A stretch of DNA of 64,000 nucleotides from Abditibacterium sp. (GCA_965199495.1 CBDASK010000003.1:416001-480000), one strand, 5' to 3'; shown: positions 8,988 through 18,977, counted from the first letter of the stretch. Numbers and translations are program-made. The notes: generated by a model not told the origin, from the sequence alone.

Positions 8988-10362
8988 ATATCAAAACTCG
9001 CGCTGGCGAGCGAGCGGAATCGGCAACGAAGATTTCCCAGAAATACTTGCCGAAGGCGAGAGCGTGGAGTCCCTGCGCACGCTTTTGCCCGACCAGAATT
9101 GGGACGCCATTACTCTGGCGCTACCATACGGACTTTTGCGGCAAGAACCTCAACAAGTTGTAGAATTACGCCAGGAGTTAGAAAGCACCTTTCCTAACGC
9201 TGAAATCCGCGTAATTCCGCGTGCCGTCGCCGCTTCTGTTGCCGCGCTCTGGCCGAGGCGCACACCGGATCAAACCAAATTGCCCCTATTCGAGGGGCAA
9301 CATATCCTGGTTTGTTCTTTTGGCAACGAAAGCAGCGATTTCTTTATCATTCAGCGTGGGTCGGAAGAGTTGCCTTTGGTAGTAGTCAAGCAGCACACCA
9401 TTGCTTTTTCGAGCGAAGCTGTTGATGCCGCCTTAGTTGATGCTCTGCGGAATGCAAATCAACCAGTTGACAAAATTGCGCCTGAAATCATCGCTGGGTT
9501 ACGGCGCACTATCAGCCGAAATCTGAGTCGCGCCGTCGCAGGCCGCAAGGTAATTCCTGCGAGGGCGAAGTGGGCCGACGGACACGGTGTTGAAGTTCAA
9601 ACTGCATTGTCTGCCGAGCTTTACTTGGAAACTCTTGAAGTATTGCTTTCTGAAGCGCGCGAGAACCTGATTTCATTTTTGCAAGAACAGCAGTTAGATT
9701 TGCAATCTATCGCGCTATGCGGCGACGGGGCAGATATTCACGGAGTTCAGCAAAACATTGTAACTGCGGCTTTAACCCAAGTTTACGGCGCCGGAAGTTC
9801 CCTGCTCCAGCACCAAATTTCCGTCTTCTCGCCCCATGAGTTGGTAGCAACTGGCGCTGCTCTTTTGGCAGAAGGTAAAATATCATTTCAACAGAAATTA
9901 CCGTATAATGTTGGCGTCAGAATGCAAGTTGAGCCAAATAGTGCGTTGGCGGAATTGTTAAAACTACCAAAGGATTCGGCGGATTTTTGGCTCTATCCTT
10001 TGCTGTCACAGGGAACGGCATTGCCAGCACATTTTTGCAGTGAAGATTTAGAGATGTTCAATGTGTTGGAGGAAGGAGAAACTCTCGATTGGGAGTTGTA
10101 TTTAGCCGATGAGAGGACTCAGCATCAAAAATCTCAATCTTTGTGCTTCGACACACGAGCATCTACTGTTGTAAATTGGGAAATACTGGCGGACGCTCAA
10201 GGAACATTACATTCAAGATTTAGCGATGAAAACTCGCGGCAACTTGGCCATCAAGAAATTGAGTGGTTCGCCTCCAATTTGCCAAGTGCCGAAACGGGCA
10301 CTTTACCAACTATTTCCCCTGCTCAACTGAAGTATCAGCTTGATGCACAACAGAATGTTTGA
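8968..10362 (+). CDS. Degenerate Hsp70/actin-fold protein
   Basis: Hsp70-like motifs in order but decayed: ITLALP, IRVIPRAVAAS, ILVCSFGNESSD, IALCGDGADIHGVQ, PHELVATGAAL. GGAGG RBS before ATG 8968. Confidence 0.65.
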   Translation: MTPLGLEYQNSRWRASGIGNEDFPEILAEGESVESLRTLLPDQNWDAITLALPYGLLRQEPQQVVELRQELESTFPNAEIRVIPRAVAASVAALWPRRTPDQTKLPLFEGQHILVCSFGNESSDFFIIQRGSEELPLVVVKQHTIAFSSEAVDAALVDALRNANQPVDKIAPEIIAGLRRTISRNLSRAVAGRKVIPARAKWADGHGVEVQTALSAELYLETLEVLLSEARENLISFLQEQQLDLQSIALCGDGADIHGVQQNIVTAALTQVYGAGSSLLQHQISVFSPHELVATGAALLAEGKISFQQKLPYNVGVRMQVEPNSALAELLKLPKDSADFWLYPLLSQGTALPAHFCSEDLEMFNVLEEGETLDWELYLADERTQHQKSQSLCFDTRASTVVNWEILADAQGTLHSRFSDENSRQLGHQEIEWFASNLPSAETGTLPTISPAQLKYQLDAQQNV

Positions 10363-10386
10363 TCGGGCTTCAAATTTGGAATCGCT

Positions 10387-11451
10387 ATGCAAACCATCTC
10401 TCCTCAAAGTTCTGCCCCCTTGACCAATTTGCTCGGCGCCTTGCGGCGTCGGCGCAACTCTATCGCTTGGTCGGAATGGTTGCCGATTATCACCTTAGAT
10501 GCCGCAACGCCCGGCACATGGTTTCATTCGTTTAACGCGTTACCTGTCGATGAGCAGTGTGACGTGCTGGACTTACTGCTACGCCCAGATGCGGGGCCAC
10601 TATCAAACGTGCTTCTGATTGGTCTGGCCGCTCAAGCCGATCAGATCGAGGATGAGCAGGTGCGGCAAACCATTCTGCATGAAGTCGCTTCGGCGTGGGA
10701 AGCCAGCCTCGACGCCGTTAAGCATCAACTAAAATCGCTGAAGTCCAATGTTAGTAACTTTCAGAAAAGAGAGAGCGAGGCGTTTGATCTCGCGGCGAAC
10801 ATCCTGGAATCGGAGGGCGAATTAGCCGAACTGAGAGCCAACGAGTTCGAGATGGAAGAAGCATTCAGTCGGCTTCACGCTCTGGAAAGTAATTGTCAAG
10901 ATTTAGAGCGCCGCAAGAGAACTCTCGCACTTTATGATTTCAAGAAATCTGAAGAACGAGTTCAAACGCTGCAAAGCGAGTTGGAACAGGGCGAAGTTGA
11001 ACGTGCCGAGCTTGAAAGCGCAATCCAATCCTTAGACACTGACCTGAAGCGGTTGCGCGCCGATGTGGATAGCGCCAAAGTGCGGCAAACCGTTTTGCAA
11101 CCGGAAGTCGCCGGATTGGAAGCGGAACAGAACGAGTTGCGGAGTTCTGTTGCCGACGCACAAGCCTTAATTACGCAATTGCGCGATAGCAATGCAACGG
11201 CTCGCGCGCGCAAGAAAGAGTTAGAAGCAGAACAGCAAACACTCCAAACCCAGGCTGATAACATCGCGGCGGAAACAAGCGAGTGGACGACCAAATGCAA
11301 TCGTGAGCGCGAACGGCTCGAACAGTTACAGCGCGATGCCGAGAGCGCCCAGCGCACCGACATCAGTGACAAAATTAGCGAAGTCTTTCAACTTTTGCCC
11401 GCCGACCGAGCGGACGAAGGTTTTCATGCGACAGCAGGTAGCCGCAGCTAA
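10387..11451 (+). CDS. Long coiled-coil protein
   Basis: Heptad-rich E/Q/L sequence over most of 354 aa after a small globular N-terminus. Confidence 0.8.
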   Translation: MQTISPQSSAPLTNLLGALRRRRNSIAWSEWLPIITLDAATPGTWFHSFNALPVDEQCDVLDLLLRPDAGPLSNVLLIGLAAQADQIEDEQVRQTILHEVASAWEASLDAVKHQLKSLKSNVSNFQKRESEAFDLAANILESEGELAELRANEFEMEEAFSRLHALESNCQDLERRKRTLALYDFKKSEERVQTLQSELEQGEVERAELESAIQSLDTDLKRLRADVDSAKVRQTVLQPEVAGLEAEQNELRSSVADAQALITQLRDSNATARARKKELEAEQQTLQTQADNIAAETSEWTTKCNRERERLEQLQRDAESAQRTDISDKISEVFQLLPADRADEGFHATAGSRS

Positions 11452-11511
11452 ATTGCTGCGCGTTGTCTGCATCAACCTACTTTTTGCCAGTCATTTCAAG
11501 GAGAAAATACT

Positions 11512-13020
11512 ATGAGCGGCCCCAAAAGAGCGGATGTCGAAGCCCAATTGAAAGCAGCACAAAACGGCAAGCGCAAATGCGCCACGCTAATCGCCGATTC
11601 CGAGGTGCGCGCCCTGCTGCACCAGTTAAGAACAGCCGACAAGCTGGAAAACGAAGCGGCTCGCGTGTCCCACGAAGCGTCGCAGGCTCTCGACGGCCTG
11701 ACGCCCGAACTGCGTAATGCGGCGGGCGAAATTTTGTCCGATGTGACTTTTTTGGTGAACGAAGCGGCCAACCAAGCCCGTAATGCCAAAGTTCAAGGCG
11801 AGGAGGTTCGCGGTCTGCTCGACAGCGCACAAAATCAAGCGCGTAGCGCCGAAGCCACGCACAACAGAGCGACCCAAGCCCTCGATAGCGCCCAAGCCGC
11901 GCTGAGTGCCAAAGGCGGTCATTACCTGAGCGCCGAAATGCAGCAAGCCAGAGGCGCGACTCAACTCTTCAATCAGGCCGAGCAGGAGTTGGGTGAAGCC
12001 GCGCGGATTCGGCAGCAAGCCGCAGGACGCGCCAGCGACGCAATTCGCCGCGCGGAAGAGGCTAAAGCGACGGCTCGAAGCGCGGTGCAACGGGCGCAAA
12101 CCTTGCGGGCCGAAGCGCAAAAGCGCGTGAAAGCTGAGGAAGAAGCGCGCCGCATCGCCGAAGAGAAACAGCGACAAGCAACTCTGGCACTGAATAGTGC
12201 TCGAAGCGCGCTGGATTCGTTGCGTGATTCGTCGCACCAAAAGTTCCGCCCTGGCGCCTTAGCCGAGATGGAAAATTTGGTCAACACTGCCCAAAGCAAA
12301 CTGAACAGTGAGCAGTGGGACGAGTGCGTTCGCCAAGCCGAAGGGATCGAAAAACGTGGGCAACGGTTGATTCAAGAGATCGCCGAAGCGCAACGTGAAT
12401 ACGAGCGCAAACGGGCCGAATCGGAATCCCACATCCAAACTCTTTTGTCCGCGATTGACGGCGCCGACGGCGTGCGCATTAAGCAGTGGGCCGACGCGCC
12501 AAACGCTTACGCCGAAGCAGAAAAGGCGGCTCAATCCGCGCGCGAGGCGTTGAAGAGTGAAGCGTGGAGCGAAGCCAACTTCCTTTCGCAAAACGCACAG
12601 TCAAAATTGACACAGGCCATCGAAAGCGCGGCGCGCAACCAAAGTCAAGACGAAGTTCGCACCGAAATTGGCGAGGCTGTAATGGATGTTTTGGAAGACT
12701 TGGGCTTCGAGGTCTCTTCTAAAAACGGCTCTCGCAGCGAACCACTCCGCATTAAAGGCCAGACGCCTGATGCAAAGGGACGCGGTGATTTCGACGTTTC
12801 CATTCCCCTGTCAGGCGAAGTGGATTTCCACGTCGAAACGCCCGATGGCAGCACAAGCTGCGTCGCCGCCGTGCGCGAGTTACAAGACCGTTTGAAAGCG
12901 CGCGGCGTGAACTGGGAAACGACTGATTGGGGCCATGCTCAAGGCGCTGAGAATGCTGGGGGCAAAGTCAAAAGAACAGTCACTCAGACAGAACAAACCA
13001 AAATCAAGCAAACCCGTTAA
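11512..13020 (+). CDS. Ala/Gln-rich coiled-coil protein with small alpha/beta C-terminal domain
   Basis: AAGGAG RBS; helical repeats then VMDVLEDLGFEV...SCVAAVRELQDRLKARGV. Confidence 0.82.
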   Translation: MSGPKRADVEAQLKAAQNGKRKCATLIADSEVRALLHQLRTADKLENEAARVSHEASQALDGLTPELRNAAGEILSDVTFLVNEAANQARNAKVQGEEVRGLLDSAQNQARSAEATHNRATQALDSAQAALSAKGGHYLSAEMQQARGATQLFNQAEQELGEAARIRQQAAGRASDAIRRAEEAKATARSAVQRAQTLRAEAQKRVKAEEEARRIAEEKQRQATLALNSARSALDSLRDSSHQKFRPGALAEMENLVNTAQSKLNSEQWDECVRQAEGIEKRGQRLIQEIAEAQREYERKRAESESHIQTLLSAIDGADGVRIKQWADAPNAYAEAEKAAQSAREALKSEAWSEANFLSQNAQSKLTQAIESAARNQSQDEVRTEIGEAVMDVLEDLGFEVSSKNGSRSEPLRIKGQTPDAKGRGDFDVSIPLSGEVDFHVETPDGSTSCVAAVRELQDRLKARGVNWETTDWGHAQGAENAGGKVKRTVTQTEQTKIKQTR

Positions 13021-13047
13021 AGCTCAACGGATCAACTTTCCACGATT

Positions 13048-14307
13048 ATGCCCTCGCTCACCCTTGCGCTTTCGCATCCGCAATCCGTCGCCCGCTTTGA
13101 AGCGGCGGCGGAAGAGTTGCTGTGCGCGCAAGGGTTTTGGGACGAGACAATCGAAGCCAAACTCCGGCAAGAAGCGCAGGGTTTGCACGCGCTCGATGTC
13201 GAGCCGGTGACGAGAAAGGTGCGCGGTTTGGATTCGGTTCAGGAAGCGTTTGCAGAAGAGGCGCGCAAAAGGCCGCACGAGAAATGGTTTGAGTTAGTTT
13301 CAACCTCACCCTTTAAGTTGGCGATCATCGTTGATAATTCGGATAGCTCTTGGCCTTATGCCGAATCCATCGCCGAATACGCGCGCGAGTTGGAAGCAGC
13401 CGCGCAAGCGATGGGCGCCGTTCAGTTTTGGGCGTGGGATCAACCGACGGCAAGTTGCGCTTCGGCGATAAACGCCAGCCGAGGCAACGCCAGTTTGTTC
13501 GCGCCGGTGTGGAACAAGTTGAAGCCCGAATTGGAGACGGGCACGGTTACACACGCGATAGTGTTGGGCGCGGGACAACTGTTTGACATCGAGGATTACG
13601 CGGAAGAAGAGGCTATAAAAGACGTTAAGTTCGTTCCTTTGGCCCAAACGCTAACCGATGACATTATCCCTGAATATAGGCTTGATCCGGCCCAACTGCT
13701 CGCACAGATGACAGCAGCCAACAGCACTTGCTCCATCGGTAGCGAGGGCGCGATTCCAGTCTGGTGGGATGATCCGGCGTGGGTTTGGAATGGGAAGAGA
13801 TTGGAGTTCAAACAGGAGAATTCTAACGCGCGCTTTGGTTTGCGCTCGGCGTGGCTGTGCGCGGATGGTCAAACGCCTAATGTCAAGTCGGATGTGGATG
13901 CCGCTACTCTGCAAGTTCATTCGGCTGCCGTTCCATTCTCGAATCAACATCGCTGGCAAAACACGCATTACCAGACCGATTCGCTACCCGATTCCGTGAC
14001 CGATTTTCGCCTTTCGAGCGGCCATGAAGCGGACGCCCAAGACATCTCGCCTCTGGAGTTGGCGCCAGAACAAAAAGGTTGGCTGTGGCTCTCATTCAGT
14101 GAGAATCCGGCGTCAAAAGGGCGTTATGACGTGCAGTTTTGCGTTCATCCGACGGGTGCTGTCGTGCTTCAGGAAAGCGTTGAGGTGGCGTTGTCGCAAA
14201 GCGACGGCATTCACGTTTACCGATTCCGCAATGATCGCTGGGAAAGCCGTCTACTTTCGCAATCCCATCTCAAAATTAAGGAGAATATTTATGCGTTTGC
14301 TTTGTGA
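13048..14307 (+). CDS. vWA-like domain protein
   Basis: AIIVDNSDSS (MIDAS DxSxS), later ASLFAP and IVLGAG at the positions of the usual T and TDG motifs (degenerate). Confidence 0.55.
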   Translation: MPSLTLALSHPQSVARFEAAAEELLCAQGFWDETIEAKLRQEAQGLHALDVEPVTRKVRGLDSVQEAFAEEARKRPHEKWFELVSTSPFKLAIIVDNSDSSWPYAESIAEYARELEAAAQAMGAVQFWAWDQPTASCASAINASRGNASLFAPVWNKLKPELETGTVTHAIVLGAGQLFDIEDYAEEEAIKDVKFVPLAQTLTDDIIPEYRLDPAQLLAQMTAANSTCSIGSEGAIPVWWDDPAWVWNGKRLEFKQENSNARFGLRSAWLCADGQTPNVKSDVDAATLQVHSAAVPFSNQHRWQNTHYQTDSLPDSVTDFRLSSGHEADAQDISPLELAPEQKGWLWLSFSENPASKGRYDVQFCVHPTGAVVLQESVEVALSQSDGIHVYRFRNDRWESRLLSQSHLKIKENIYAFAL

Positions 14308-14947
14308 CGACGGTTTCCCGATGCTGGAGTTGCCCAGCTACGGCTTTGTCGTGGGAGCTTTGCCGTTTACCAAAGCGCAATATGAAAAGCTGTGGGCGCT
14401 CGTTGGTTGCCCGCGCAATTTGCCGCAGGAAGAAACACCGTTTAGTGACAATTGCTACGATGGATGTCTCGCGCTCAATCCTCGTCCCGCGAAGCAGTCG
14501 AAGATTATAAAGCCGCTCAACTTTTGGCTAACCGGCCTCTCGCCACAGCACACGGAGAGATTGCTTTCTCATCTGCCCAATGCCCGTTTGCCGGAGTCAC
14601 AAATTTGGTTGAACGTCGAAAAGTATCTGAGCCAAAAACCGTTTACCGACGAGGACAAATTGCAGTGGGAACAGTTGGAGTTGAGCGAAGCCGCGCGCCA
14701 TGCCGTTCGAGTTTTGTGGGGACAGAAGAAGCCACATAACTGGGCACAAGCCACTGCACTTCAAGATGGCATTTTGGAATGGGTCAAGTGGCAACAGGAC
14801 TCATGGGACAGAAATGCCTCTGACGTGGGAGCTTTAGGCAGCCCGCAGGGGACTTCTTTTGTGCCGCAGCTTGACGGGCCGCGTCGCCATAGCGCAACGG
14901 ACCAACCGGATGGGTGGAACGGATTTAGAGTTTGGAAAACTTTGTAA
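14291..14947 (+). CDS. FGE-sulfatase (SUMF1)-like domain protein
   Basis: PFTKAQYEK, ARLPESQIW, GILEWV and terminal GFRV match the spacing of FGE-fold motifs; AAGGAG RBS before ATG 14291. Confidence 0.65.
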   Translation: MRLLCDDGFPMLELPSYGFVVGALPFTKAQYEKLWALVGCPRNLPQEETPFSDNCYDGCLALNPRPAKQSKIIKPLNFWLTGLSPQHTERLLSHLPNARLPESQIWLNVEKYLSQKPFTDEDKLQWEQLELSEAARHAVRVLWGQKKPHNWAQATALQDGILEWVKWQQDSWDRNASDVGALGSPQGTSFVPQLDGPRRHSATDQPDGWNGFRVWKTL

Positions 14948-14951
14948 CGCC

Positions 14952-16646
14952 ATGAGCCATGCCAACACTATCAGTGCGCGCCAACTGATCTACACCAACG
15001 TCGAAGCCGACCAATCGCCCAGTAAGCGAGCCGGCTTTCAGATTCTGCTCGCCAGCAAAGGCATCAGTGAGGCTGACAAAGCGGAGGTTTCGCAAAGACT
15101 GGTCTATAGTTCTCCATCTAAAGAGAACGCGCCCACAAAAAACGTTTTCTATCCGACGCAGAGCGGCGATTTGCTGTTGGCGCAAATTGTTTTGCTGCCT
15201 GAACCTGACGGCGCCAACAGGTTCGGTCGCTATCTCGCGCACGCGCTGATATTTTCGCCCGCAGAATTTGAAGAGTTGAACAACGATCCATTTCCGATTT
15301 TCGAGAATTTCAGTTTCCTCGTGACAGTCCAAGCCGCTTTGGAGCGTGGCGACCGAGTAACAGGCGAAATCGCCGCAGAAGGCAGAAGCTCCGCAGAATG
15401 GGACAGAACGGGTTTGGATTCCACCCTTTCGAGAACGCGAATTTTGGACGAAGTAGATTCGCAGAACCGCCGACAACTGCTGTTGCTCGCCACGCAACTC
15501 GCCAGTAACGAGAACGAACGCAACTCGTTGGCGCTGTTTGGCGAGCCGACGACGGCTTACCGATATCTTTCGGCTTTGATAGCCATCACGCCCAAATCTC
15601 TGCGGCCTCGGTGTAGCTTCGACACGTTCGCTGGCGGCGGCAACTTGAACTCGGCGCATTACTGGGCGGTCGGACTACCCGCCGAAGCGCAACGAACGTC
15701 GCGTTTGTTCGCTTTCAACCTCGCACAAGAAGAATTTGACCAGGAGATTTTTCGCTCGCCTGAAACGACTTACCAAAAATGGTTGGACGAACAGAGCCAC
15801 CGCAAGGCATCGGAGATCGCCGAAGAGTCGGGTGTCGTGGCGCAGTTTATGGAGTGGTTGGAAAACCCAGAGACACGTTTAGTTCCACCACAAAATCGAG
15901 CAGAAAGTTTGGTGTTAACAACATTGACAAATCTCAACATGAACGCAATTGAGAAACGATTGCAGGATCGGTTGACGCAGCAAACCGGCGAGTATCTGGC
16001 GCCGGTGCTGGCGCCTCAAATCATTTCACCTCTGCTGCTTCAGCACTCCATTGGCAGCGCAATTACGATTTGTCAAAGAGGTTTTACCCTCGATCAGTTG
16101 GAGGATTCTACTCGGACGCTGTGCGTTAATTCAAAAATTGGTTTAACCCCTGATGTTTTAAGCGACATCGAAAGGTTTGCCAATGCCAACAACCTCAATC
16201 AACTCAAATTGGCAGTTTTGCGTTTAGCTCAACAGTGGGAACAGCTCACTAATGCACTGCACAAAGCCTCGGAGAGCGACTACCAATTTTTTGCGAACTG
16301 GGCTTTGGAGTCTCTACCGATACGTTTGCAGTGGAATATTGAACACAAAGGTAGTAGCCTCTCGTTTGGGCCGGAACTTAAGCTCGTAGGCGCGCAGAAA
16401 TCGGACCTTGAAGCAGATTTTTGTCCCTTGCTCTACGCACTTTTGGGTAAAACTTGGCCGGAGCAAACAAGTTGGTTCAATCCGGTCAGAAGACACCGCG
16501 AAGACGTTCCCGCGCACCCAAACATCAGGCGCTGGTTTTGGTTGATGGATGAACTCGAAAAAAGACACGACCAACGCACCCAACACAATCGTTCTTCAGC
16601 GCCAATTTCCACTCGCAAAATGAACCCAAATCCGTTTAAACGCTGA
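14952..16646 (+). CDS. GAP1-like (GTPase-associated protein 1, N2-type) protein
   Basis: N-terminal QLIYTNVE...AGFQILLAS...DGANRFGRYLAHALI, middle LIAITPKSLR..SFDT; directly upstream of a TRAFAC GTPase as in GTPase-centred ternary systems. Confidence 0.7.
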   Translation: MSHANTISARQLIYTNVEADQSPSKRAGFQILLASKGISEADKAEVSQRLVYSSPSKENAPTKNVFYPTQSGDLLLAQIVLLPEPDGANRFGRYLAHALIFSPAEFEELNNDPFPIFENFSFLVTVQAALERGDRVTGEIAAEGRSSAEWDRTGLDSTLSRTRILDEVDSQNRRQLLLLATQLASNENERNSLALFGEPTTAYRYLSALIAITPKSLRPRCSFDTFAGGGNLNSAHYWAVGLPAEAQRTSRLFAFNLAQEEFDQEIFRSPETTYQKWLDEQSHRKASEIAEESGVVAQFMEWLENPETRLVPPQNRAESLVLTTLTNLNMNAIEKRLQDRLTQQTGEYLAPVLAPQIISPLLLQHSIGSAITICQRGFTLDQLEDSTRTLCVNSKIGLTPDVLSDIERFANANNLNQLKLAVLRLAQQWEQLTNALHKASESDYQFFANWALESLPIRLQWNIEHKGSSLSFGPELKLVGAQKSDLEADFCPLLYALLGKTWPEQTSWFNPVRRHREDVPAHPNIRRWFWLMDELEKRHDQRTQHNRSSAPISTRKMNPNPFKR

Positions 16647-16706
16647 ATCAACAACCTCTTTTTTCTACCCGTTAAGCTCTCGAAAATTCGCTATTCCTAA
16701 TCCGCC

Positions 16707-17927
16707 ATGAACAGGTCATCTACTGCCGCCAAACAAAGAAAGCTTTGCCCTATGTGCTTGAAGTTCGTGGACGAGTTCTCCGTCGAGGAGGGCGCGGACG
16801 GTTCTTCGGTGCAAAGGTGCCCAGAGTGTGACAATGACGTGCCCTGGCTTTATGTGAGTGATTACGAGAAGTTTCCTCCAGCAGTTTTCAGCGTCATCGG
16901 GTTTCGGAGTCACGGCAAATCCGTGTTCTTAGGCAGCCTTTTTCACGAACTAACAGCCGCCGCCACTGCAAACTCACCCAAGGAATGGCCGCACTTTTCT
17001 TATTCATCGCTCGACCAGGCGGGCATGGATCAAGTTCTTGAAATTAAAAGGAATTTAGAAGACCGCAAGCTACCCGCGCCAACTTTAGAATCGTTTTTTC
17101 AACCCGCAATTTTGAAGATGAGGAACTTGCCCCAATTTGGCTCGCGGCACCTGTTGGCCTACGACACATCGGGAGAACTACTGCAACAAACCGCCAGAAT
17201 CAAAAGCTACCAAAAGGGTTATATCAGCCGAGTTTCTACGATTGTGTTGATCGTGAGTTGGAAGCAATTGGATGTCGCCGAACAATCAAAATATCATCTG
17301 GACGAGTTAATCACCATCTACCGAGAAGCGTTGATTTCCCTGGGCGGCGATCCACAGCAGCAAAGTTTGCTGGTTGTTTTGAGCAAAGGCGACCGCCTGT
17401 TGGGAGAATCAGGTTTGCCCGAACGCGTGACCGAGTTCTTGAAGCCCATCGCAGCAAACGAAAACGGTCAAGGCGTTCACGAAAACGGAGATGCCGCGCA
17501 TTTCGCGCGACTCGACACGCTGTCGCAGGAAATCGAGTTATGGCTGGAAGGCCAAAGGCACTTCAGCACTTTCGTGCGTGAAGCGCGCGCAGAGTTTCAC
17601 CGCGTCGAGTATTGCGTGGCAACAGCGACCGGACATGAGGCCAAAGATAACGTTTTACCCTACGATATCGCGCCGCGCGGAGTGCTTTCGTCTTTGCTGT
17701 GGACATTACGCCTCCAGACGCCCGACGCCCAGGAAGAGCAAGCCCACAAAGCCACTGTCGCCCAGGCCAAGAAACTTTTAGAGCATAGAGATTACGTCAA
17801 ATTCTTTCGTCAAGCCAATCGAGACAAGGATCGGCTACACGCGTTGGATTTTCTCACGGTTGGACGCGGGCGCACCCTGCCCGCAAAGAAATTAGTGTTG
17901 GAATTTAGAAACCGCAGTGAGAGCTGA
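16707..17927 (+). CDS. TRAFAC-class GTPase (DO-GTPase-like) with N-terminal zinc ribbon
   Basis: CPMC..CPEC; G1 GFRSHGKS, G2 PAPT, G3 YDTSGE, G4 SKGD, G5-like TATG. Confidence 0.82.
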   Translation: MNRSSTAAKQRKLCPMCLKFVDEFSVEEGADGSSVQRCPECDNDVPWLYVSDYEKFPPAVFSVIGFRSHGKSVFLGSLFHELTAAATANSPKEWPHFSYSSLDQAGMDQVLEIKRNLEDRKLPAPTLESFFQPAILKMRNLPQFGSRHLLAYDTSGELLQQTARIKSYQKGYISRVSTIVLIVSWKQLDVAEQSKYHLDELITIYREALISLGGDPQQQSLLVVLSKGDRLLGESGLPERVTEFLKPIAANENGQGVHENGDAAHFARLDTLSQEIELWLEGQRHFSTFVREARAEFHRVEYCVATATGHEAKDNVLPYDIAPRGVLSSLLWTLRLQTPDAQEEQAHKATVAQAKKLLEHRDYVKFFRQANRDKDRLHALDFLTVGRGRTLPAKKLVLEFRNRSES

Positions 17928-17964
17928 TGCAGACAAGTTCGACTAAACGAAGGAGATTACAAAC

Positions 17965-18819
17965 ATGGATACAAATTCACCAGATCACGACGTTTTCGGT
18001 GCAGCGAGCCAAGACCTTCAAAACGAAGCTAACACCTCAACTGGAGCTTTTAAGCTCTTCGGCACCATCGCTGTGCTTGCCGTTCTCGGAGTCGTTTCTT
18101 GGATGGGATGGCAGAGTTACTCTTCCAAAAATGAGGTTGCCGTAGCGCCACAACCAACGATTCAAGTAGCAGCAGCGCCTGAAACACCTGTTGCCGCTCC
18201 TGCCTCTGAAACTGCCGATGACCATGATGAACACAAGGCAAATCCGGCTGTTTCGGCGGAAGAGGCCGAAGGCGCGCATCACAAGCATTTCGAGGCCCAG
18301 GGCGCTCTGGTAACTAATCACGAAATCGCGTTATTCATGGAGACACAAAAGGCAGGCGGCGTCTCACCCTCTGAACGCGCGCAAATCGTGACGCAAAGAC
18401 TGAATGAGACGGCGGAATCTACTGGGCTTGACCCAGAAAAAATTGTGGCTCGGATGGAAAACGATTTGGCAACGGTTTACTACGCCAAGCCAGGCAAAGC
18501 GGGCTATGTTTTGGCGACCGTTGATCCCAAGACAGCCGCACAATTCGGTTTCGGCAAAAACCCTGCGCTTCTGACATATTGGTGGCGCGATGTTTTGCGA
18601 GATCATGCGTGCATTATTGCGGGCAATCCACCAATTTATACCACACCTTATTCGAGTATTTTGCAGAGGGTTTACTCGCTCTGTCAGGCAGAGCAAAAAG
18701 GAGTTCCTACTCACGAAAGTTTTGAAACCGCCATCAGCAAACTTTCGCGCGAAGAACACGATGCGTTACAGGGGCTTTATGTTCAGGTGCCCACCAACTA
18801 TCGTCCCCAGACCGATTAA
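17965..18819 (+). CDS. Single-pass membrane protein with His-rich linker and extracytoplasmic domain
   Basis: AAGGAG RBS; TM segment LFGTIAVLAVLGVVSWMGW; last gene before a terminator. Confidence 0.75.
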   Translation: MDTNSPDHDVFGAASQDLQNEANTSTGAFKLFGTIAVLAVLGVVSWMGWQSYSSKNEVAVAPQPTIQVAAAPETPVAAPASETADDHDEHKANPAVSAEEAEGAHHKHFEAQGALVTNHEIALFMETQKAGGVSPSERAQIVTQRLNETAESTGLDPEKIVARMENDLATVYYAKPGKAGYVLATVDPKTAAQFGFGKNPALLTYWWRDVLRDHACIIAGNPPIYTTPYSSILQRVYSLCQAEQKGVPTHESFETAISKLSREEHDALQGLYVQVPTNYRPQTD

Positions 18820-18832
18820 AAAAAGCAAAAAC

Positions 18833-18868
18833 AAAATCCCCGTATCTTAATTGGTGCGGGGATTTTTT
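18833..18868 (+). terminator. Rho-independent terminator ending the 10-gene operon
   Basis: AAAATCCCCG...CGGGGATTTTTT stem with T run. Confidence 0.75.
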
Positions 18869-18885
18869 GTTGCGCGGAAGCAACA
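18868..18885. promoter_or_regulatory. Palindromic operator GTTG-N8-CAAC (copy upstream of parB)
   Basis: TGTTG CGCGGAAG CAACA; the same motif recurs upstream of other element genes. Confidence 0.65.
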
Positions 18886-18977
18886 TAATTTGTGAGATTT
18901 CCATCGCGAGTTTATGGTGAAGGCGCAAAGAGAAGCGGCGCAAGTCGCAAATTTCCCTCTTTGACACAAGGAACACC

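Noticed and set aside
6342..13020. Type VII secretion system
   Set aside because: An EccA-like AAA+ is present but no FtsK/EccC ATPase, WXG100 proteins or membrane core.
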